The notes under the pieces: generated by a model
The model's database searches: none
The model's input: only the letters and a program-made list of their open reading frames with translations
What the model was told of the DNA's origin: nothing
Assembly: GCF_009914755.1 (NCBI RefSeq)
Contig: NC_060930.1
Source of the DNA: the human T2T-CHM13v2.0 reference genome, Homo sapiens
Direction: 5' to 3' (one strand)
Length of the DNA: 64,000 nt
In this document: one piece after another, positions 56,464 through 64,000 of the stretch
Layout of the letters: each line of letters opens with the position of its first letter
How positions within the stretch are numbered: the first letter of the stretch is position 1
Program-made: the position numbers and the translations under genes

Positions 56464-56823
56464 TAAAAGCACATTCAGTCTTGGTTTTTCTAGCTATACC
56501 TACAATGTTCAGTCTTCTCTGTTTCAGGTAGCATAAATACAAAAGGCCATGGGCCTTGCGTAAGAACGTTTTCTGATTTTAAACGTGCTAATTTTATTTT
56601 TTACCCTGTTAAGGTATGTATACATGAGAGGGAAAGGAAATTATGGAGTTATTTATTTGAGGTGTATCTAAGTTTTTTTAAAAGTACATTAGAAATTATG
56701 AAAACTGTACTCTATGCCCTAATGCTCTCAACACATTATCAGATTATGTAAATAAATACCTGGGCAAACTGCTTTATTTATTCAATGTTTATGCAGTTAG
56801 AGTTAAGAAAAATGCTATCTTTA

Positions 56824-56950
56824 GGCTTGGCATGGTGGTGCATGCCTGTAGTCCCAGCTACTCAGGTGGCTGTGACAGGAGGATTGCCTGAGCCCAGAGG
56901 TTCATGTCCAGCTTGAGTAACATAGCAAGACCCCATCCCTCTCACTTAAC
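56824..56950 (+). mobile_element. FLAM-type Alu monomer
   Basis: ~130-bp monomer ending AACATAGCAAGACCCCATC; degenerate TSD AAAAATGCTATCTTTA / AAAAAGCTATATTTA. Confidence 0.8.
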
Positions 56951-58010
56951 AAAAAGCTATATTTAAAAATTATAGGAGGCAACAATAGCAGTTATCAGAG
57001 AAAAAAATTGTTTATAGTTCTTACATTAGAAAAGAGGAAAGTCTTAAAATTGAGTGAACTAAATACCCAACCTAAAACAATTGAAAAAGAACTGCACAAT
57101 AAACCCAAAGAAAGGGAAAAAAAGATAATAGAAATAAGTACAAAAACAAATAAAACAGAAAGTAAAATTTCAAAAAGCTAAAAATTGTTCCTTAAAGCGA
57201 TAAATGTCTGGTGATATTTACCCCCCAAAAAGGAAAAAATATGAAAACAAATAGCATTAGGCATAAAAGAGAGAAGATACTTATTCTTTCCATAGATATT
57301 AGAAAGGAAAAAAAAAGAATATTATGAACAACTTTAGGCCAACAAGTTGTGAACAGATGAAATATATGTATTTGTAGAAAATATTACATAAAAATAACTT
57401 AAGAAAAACTAGAAATCCCCTGTATAGTAAAATCTAATTCAATCTGTAGTTAAAAATCTTGTCACACAGGAAATAATGTGCCAGAAGAGTTTACTCATGC
57501 TACCAAATATTTCTTACATAAATTCAAGAACAGAAAAAAAGGAACACTTCCAAGCATATTTTATGAGAGTTGTATAACCTTGATATAAATGCTAGCCAAG
57601 GACAGAACAAAATAGGAAAACTACAGATCAGGATTATTGTAATTCACTACTTTAACAAGTTAAAAGAGATTAAACCATATAATTACATCTATAGTTGCAA
57701 AAAAGATGTTCAATAAAATCAATAAACATTAATGATAATACTTTCATAAAAGTAGAAAGAAAATGAGTAAAAAGACTTAGAAAGGAAATGTCTTTAACTT
57801 CATAAAGAAGACCTACAAAACTCTAGGGCAAATACGATATATAATAGTAAAAGTTACAAGTATTCTTTTTAAGATCATGAACAAGACAAGGATGACCAGT
57901 CTTACAACTTCTTTTTCACACTGCAGTTGAAGTCTCAACTATCAAGACAAAACAAGAAAAAGAGAAGTTCTAAGAATTACTAGGAAAGAAATCAACTTCT
58001 TCTTGTTGCT

Positions 58011-58309
58011 ATATTATTATTATTATTATTTGAGACAAGATCTCACTCTGTGGCCCAGGCTGGAATGGAGTGGTGCCATCGTAGCTTACTGCAGCCTTGC
58101 TTCTGGGCTCAAGCGATTCTCCCACCTCAGCCTCCCAAGTAGCTGGGACCCCAGGCATATGCCACCGTGCCTGGCTACTGTTTATTTTTGTAAGGACAGG
58201 GATCTCCATATGTTACCCAGGCTGGTCTCTAACTCCTGGACTCAAGCAATCCTTCCACCTCAGCCTCCCAGAGTGCTGGGATTACAAGCATGAGCCATCA
58301 CACCCAGCT
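58011..58309 (-). mobile_element. AluJ with a (TAT)n tail
   Basis: Full dimer, AluJ-type CTCCTGGACTCAAGCAATCCTTCCACC. Confidence 0.92.
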
Positions 58310-59570
58310 CAACCTCTCATTATTAACAGGTGATATTGTTTAAACAGATAAATATCAGCAAATAAATAAATTAAGAAAATTGACAAATTAGTGAATAAAC
58401 AAAAGCAATTTTATATATATATCAAAAAATTCAGATAGAAAATGTACTTTAAGATATCTTTTACAAAAGTCATAAATTATATAAAATACATAAACACACA
58501 GGAATAAATCTAAGAAAAGGCATGCAGGACACCAATAGAGAAGAAGGAGAGAGCTTTTTTGAAGTTCAGTAAAGAACTCAATTATGGAAAAATATACCAT
58601 GTTCCTGGATAAAACGATTCATATCATAAAGTTGTCCATTCTCTTCTAATGGACATAAACATAAATGTAATTATGATAACTCCAACAGGTTTTTCCATGG
58701 AACATGGCAAGTTGATTTTGAAATTTCTATAAAGAGTAAAGGGTAATGGATGGCCAACATGTTCCCAAGGAAGAAAAACAAGGAGTTTGTCCCATTACAT
58801 ATTGAAACATTGTAAAACTATAGTTATTAACTTATTAACAATGTGATATTGCACATTAATAAAGAAATAGACCAAAACGACAGAAGGGGACATTTAGAAA
58901 CAAATTCACAGATATATGAAAATTTGATTTATGGTGGGGGTAGTATTTGAGATCAATGAGAAAAAGAAAAACTATTCAACTAATGCACAATACACAAACA
59001 CCAAATTCAAAGAGGATTAAGGCATAAATGTAAAAGCCAAAACCATATAATACCCAAAAAAGCATGTAGGATAGTATCTATAAACAAAATTTAAAATGCA
59101 CAACTCTAGAAGAAAATTGAAGAATTCAATTATTTTAAAACTAAAAACCCTTCTTTGTCAAAAGGGTGAAATAATTAACTATGGAGCAGCAAATATAAAC
59201 AAATCACATATATAAAAGTAAATAAAATGTAGTTAATATTTTTATCTATCACTACTCCTAATTTGACTATTTAAAGAGCTCCAAGCAATTATTAAGAAAC
59301 AGAGAAATGACCCAATAGAAAAATGGGCAAAAGACCCAAAAAAGGAATTCCAAAGAAAAGGAAACATACATGGCCCATAAACACATGGAAAGAAACTCAG
59401 CTTCATCATTAATCAGAGAAGTACAAATACAAATCACAGTGAAGTTTTGTGATACTGCAATTCACACCCACCAGACTGGGAGTAAAACCAGACAGTAGCA
59501 CATTAAGAGGATGTTGAGCAATGAGAATTCTCATCTACATCTGGTGGGAGTTTAAATATGTACTACAACT

Positions 59571-60186
<616 letters not shown>

Positions 60187-60401
60187 AGAGTAAATAAATT
60201 CATAGGAAGGATTATTGTGCAACGGTGAAAGTTTAGTGAGCTACAGGCACAGGCATAAACAGGATGACTTCCCAAAACATAATTTTGAGCAAGAGGAGCA
60301 AGTCCCAAGAAAATATAAATAAAAAATTTCAATTTATATACATTCCCCCCAAAGAAAAAACTAAACTATATTTTGTTTTGGGTTATATACACGTGTGTTA
60401 A

Positions 60402-60871
<470 letters not shown>

Positions 60872-61559
60872 TATCACTATTCCTTAGAGTGCAGTTGTAT
60901 TTTAGTTTCTTCTGTGTACGTGTGATATACTCCACAATGAAAATAAACAAATCTATACTTACCATGGCCTTCTCATGTCCAGAAACCCCTCGAAATACCC
61001 TTATCCTTTACCGCTGGACCATTTGGGTGGGAAATGATTACAAAGCCCTATCTTAAGCTTCATCAATGTGATGGATTAGTTTTAAGGTTTGAATGAACAA
61101 GATGATAGAAAATGAGAGAGCGCACTGGCTCCCCAGGTGGGCACAGAGGCTCAGAGGATAGGAATTTAGTGAGTGCCACTGTCAACATACTTCACATAGT
61201 TGGCAGTTTTGCCTAACATGGTCTCTGCCTGCAGAATTGCCACAAGTTGGAAATCCCACATCAGTCACCACTTCCTCGGGGACATTAGTTGTTCATGTAA
61301 ATTCCGAACAATGGAAGCTGGCTTTTCATCCATACGGAAATGGAACACAAAGACAGAGCCCTAGAAGTGGAGTGTGAGTGCTGAGGATTTTCCCTAAGCC
61401 TCTTCCCTTCCACATGTGTTGATGTGTGATGTGTTGGTTAAGTATTTGGAAAGCACATCAGGTTTTAGTAATTTTTTTTCTCTAAAAAGAACAATTTGCT
61501 CTTAGAAGAATGACAGTTTTCTTTCCTTATTACATGAAATCACCCTCTGACCCCCTAAA

Positions 61560-61815
61560 AAGCAGAGATCTTTTGTAGGGATACACACAAGTGTGAAAAA
61601 CTGAAAAGCAGAACTGGTAATAATGGACAGAAAATTAGAGAGAGCTGTCACCTCTGTCAAGGGGAAGGAGGACATGATCATGGAGATTTACTAGGTGAGG
61701 AAGTTGGTTCTGAAATACTGGCAATATTCTAGTTCTTAAGTGTTATTCTTTAAATGGCACATAAACGTTTCATAGTCTCCTTTGTATATATTGTATATTT
61801 CACAATACATTTTTA
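61560..61815 (+). mobile_element. L1ME-type 3' end
   Basis: TAGGGATACACAC...CTGGCAATATTCTAGTTCTT...GTATATTTCACAATA. Confidence 0.6.
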
Positions 61816-61930
61816 TTTGTTTTATTTTACCTGAAGTTCTACCTAGTTGCCAAAAAAAAGCAGAAGTAAAAAAAGCTTTGCCAAAGAACCAGGATCAGAA
61901 CCAAGCAGACCAGTAGGAGAGAGGTTTTTC

Positions 61931-62080
61931 TTTTTTTTTAAATTTTTAACTTCTAATTTTTGTGGGTATGTAGTAGCTGTATATATTTCTAGGTTCCAAG
62001 AGGTGTTTCGATACAGGCATGCAATGTGACATAAGCACATCACAGAGAATGGGGTATCCGTCTCCTCAAGCATTTATCCA
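61931..62080 (-). mobile_element. Very short 5'-truncated L1MA (MA2/3-like) insertion
   Basis: TTTTGTGGGTATGTAGTAG...GATACAGGCATGCAATG...GGGGTATCC...CTCAAGCATTTATCC; TSD GAGAGAGGTTTTTC (61917) / GAGAGAGATTTTTC (62081). Confidence 0.85.
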
Positions 62081-62362
62081 GAGAGAGATTTTTCATGTAC
62101 ACCAGTACTCTTCTTTTCAGGTTTCAGCCTTTTAAATACATAACTTTCACAAGAGATGTTTTGAATGTTTTCCCTTGACCTTGAGAAAGAAAAGCATTTG
62201 CTGAGATGTTGCCTATGTGTGAAAGGGAGGGGAATCCTAGAGGAGAGGCCACTGAGTTTGCCACCCAGTTGACGCATAAGAAGCAACTTGAGAAGGACTC
62301 CAAAAGCAGCAGGTCAGCAAGTGGAAACCAGCATTGAATCAGCTGAATGGGTACCTGGAAGT

Positions 62363-63198
62363 GGGGTGAATGTTATGTGTCAGTTTGCCTGCAATCGCCC
62401 CCGCTATGTATTCCTGTCCCAGAGTAATCATTAACAGCACTCCTGTTAGTGGCAGCAAATTTGTATGGGTCTGCAGCAACCTCAGCTCTCGCCTCCTCAG
62501 AAGAAAGCATTCAACTGAGGGGCCTATAGCAGAGTAAGAGACCGAGGCAAGTTTGAGAGCAGGAGTGAAAGCTTATTAAACAGCTTCAGAACAGGAACAA
62601 AAGGAAATAAAGCACCCTTGCAAGAGGGCCACGTGGGCAACTTGAGAGATCAAGAGCGCTATTTGACTTCTGACTTGGGGTTTTATATGTTGGCACGTTT
62701 CTGAGGAGTTGTGCCTCTTCTCCCCTGAGCCTTTCCTTAGGGCAGCCTGTCTGCATGAGCAGTGACCTCCCAGCTCTTGGGAGGGGAGGTGCCGTGTGTT
62801 TACTGGAGTTGTGCGCATGCTCACTTGAAGCATTCTTCCCTTATCGGTCGAGCGTTCCCATAAGGTCATATCCAGTTAAACTCTGCCATTTTGCCTCTTA
62901 GTTTACAGGTGTCAGCCCACTTGCCCAGCTCCTGAGATCTTACTGGGAAGCTGCTGATCACCAGTTTCAGGTGTTTCTATTGAGAGACTGCCTTTCCCTG
63001 CATGGGTTGCAACCAATGATTGTTTTAGAGAGACAATTGACAACTGCCTGACCATCACCTGACGGTTGTTTGTCTTTCCCATGCGGGGGAGTGGGGAAGC
63101 CTCTCTTGCTCTGCTCATCTCTGCCTGACTACCTACTGTAACACTTCTTTCACTTTCAAAAGTGTCCCAATTTGACCATAAATAATGTGGTTAACCCG
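62363..63198. mobile_element. MER94-like hAT-Blackjack element split by the MER50 LTR (62363-62443 and 63144-63198)
   Basis: CAGTTTGCCTG...TGTCCCAGAGTAATCATTAACAGCAC | TTTCACTTTCAAAAGTGTCCCAATTTG...GGTTAACCC. Confidence 0.7.
62444..63143 (-). mobile_element. MER50-family solo LTR (ERV1)
   Basis: TG...CA termini; minus-strand start TGTTACAGTAGGTAGTCAGGCAGAGATGAGCAG; 700 bp; 4-bp TSD CTCC / CTTC. Confidence 0.85.
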
Positions 63199-64000
63199 TA
63201 CATAAAGGAAGAAATGTAATGTGCTGTGGGAGGAGAAGGGCTCATGCAGGAAGACCTCTTAAAAAGGGACTATCTAGGGCTTAGATGCTGTGGCTCTAAT
63301 TGGCAAAGAAGTGTGGTAAAACTTTTAAAAAAATATTAAAGAGAGGAAAAGAAGGAGAGAAGGAGGAGGATAATTATTTTTGTGTTTATTTAGATCTATA
63401 CAAAGAAAAACACAATGGAAGTAGTAATTTCTTTGACCAACTTTTCTTCTGTTTTGAGCTTCTGAAGAGCATGCCTGGGCTTTCTTTCACCTCAATTTCA
63501 TTTTCATCTGAGATAAGTAAAAGATATATGGGAACTGGCATTATCTAAGTTAATTTAGAGATTAGGGTGAGTTCATTTCCAGCTCTTCATCTTGCCTGTG
63601 GAGGAAAGGCTGGAAGCTTCCTACTCTTTCACATCACAGAGCTTGTGACCTGTAATTTTTGCTGTTTCTCAATCTGCATTCTTGTGGCTTTGTTCATTAA
63701 TGGAATGCTGTAATTTATGAGCTTTCCTCTTTTGACCCTTTAAGAGAACTTTATCAGCATTCTCTAATTTTATTAACAAAACAAAAGAAACTATTTTTAG
63801 GAACGATGATCACATAAGGCTGAACCCAGACCATCCCAAGCAGATGTTGCGGTCCTGCAAAGTGGTCCCGTGAGGTAGTTGCTCCAACACGTGGTCTCAG
63901 CTCAGAAGTCACTGTTTTTGCAAACGTTGTCCTTAAAGGAGGAACAAGGTGCAGAACTTTTGTTTCTCTTTTCCTTTCTTTTGAAATATCAATTTGCCTA

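Noticed and set aside
60955-60963. ATACTTACC resembling the U1 snRNA 5' end
   Set aside because: The match stops after 9 nt; it is just the reverse complement of a consensus splice donor, not a U1 pseudogene.

Overview
This window is primate (human-like) nuclear DNA, not prokaryotic: AluJ/S/Y, L1PA/L1PB/L1M, MIR, L2, hAT MERs and solo LTRs make up about half of it. I cannot support any host protein-coding gene or structural RNA gene, and I do not recognise the locus. Almost all long ORFs in the track come from L1, Alu or low-complexity sequence. The main elements are two full-length + strand LINE-1s. The first is an L1PA3/4 (17594-23771, 15-bp TSD, ZNF93-binding 5'UTR segment retained, ORF1 and ORF2 inactivated). 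The second is an L1PB1 with an L1PBa-type 5'UTR (28040-35160) inserted into an older L1MB. There are several clean nested insertions: Alu-in-Alu twice, MSTA in MER5A, and MER50 in MER94. I found no convincing new biological system. The best leads are a 148-codon read-through form of L1 ORF0 that stops in a non-L1 5' tag; a well-formed orphan exon candidate (45924-46173) just downstream of a UG-rich tract; two CpG-retaining unique segments with enhancer-like motif clusters (7.0-7.7 kb and 53.4-54.6 kb); a close inverted AluY pair; and a 42-bp tail-less Alu fragment. Subfamily calls come from recalled consensus sequences and need RepeatMasker/Dfam confirmation.
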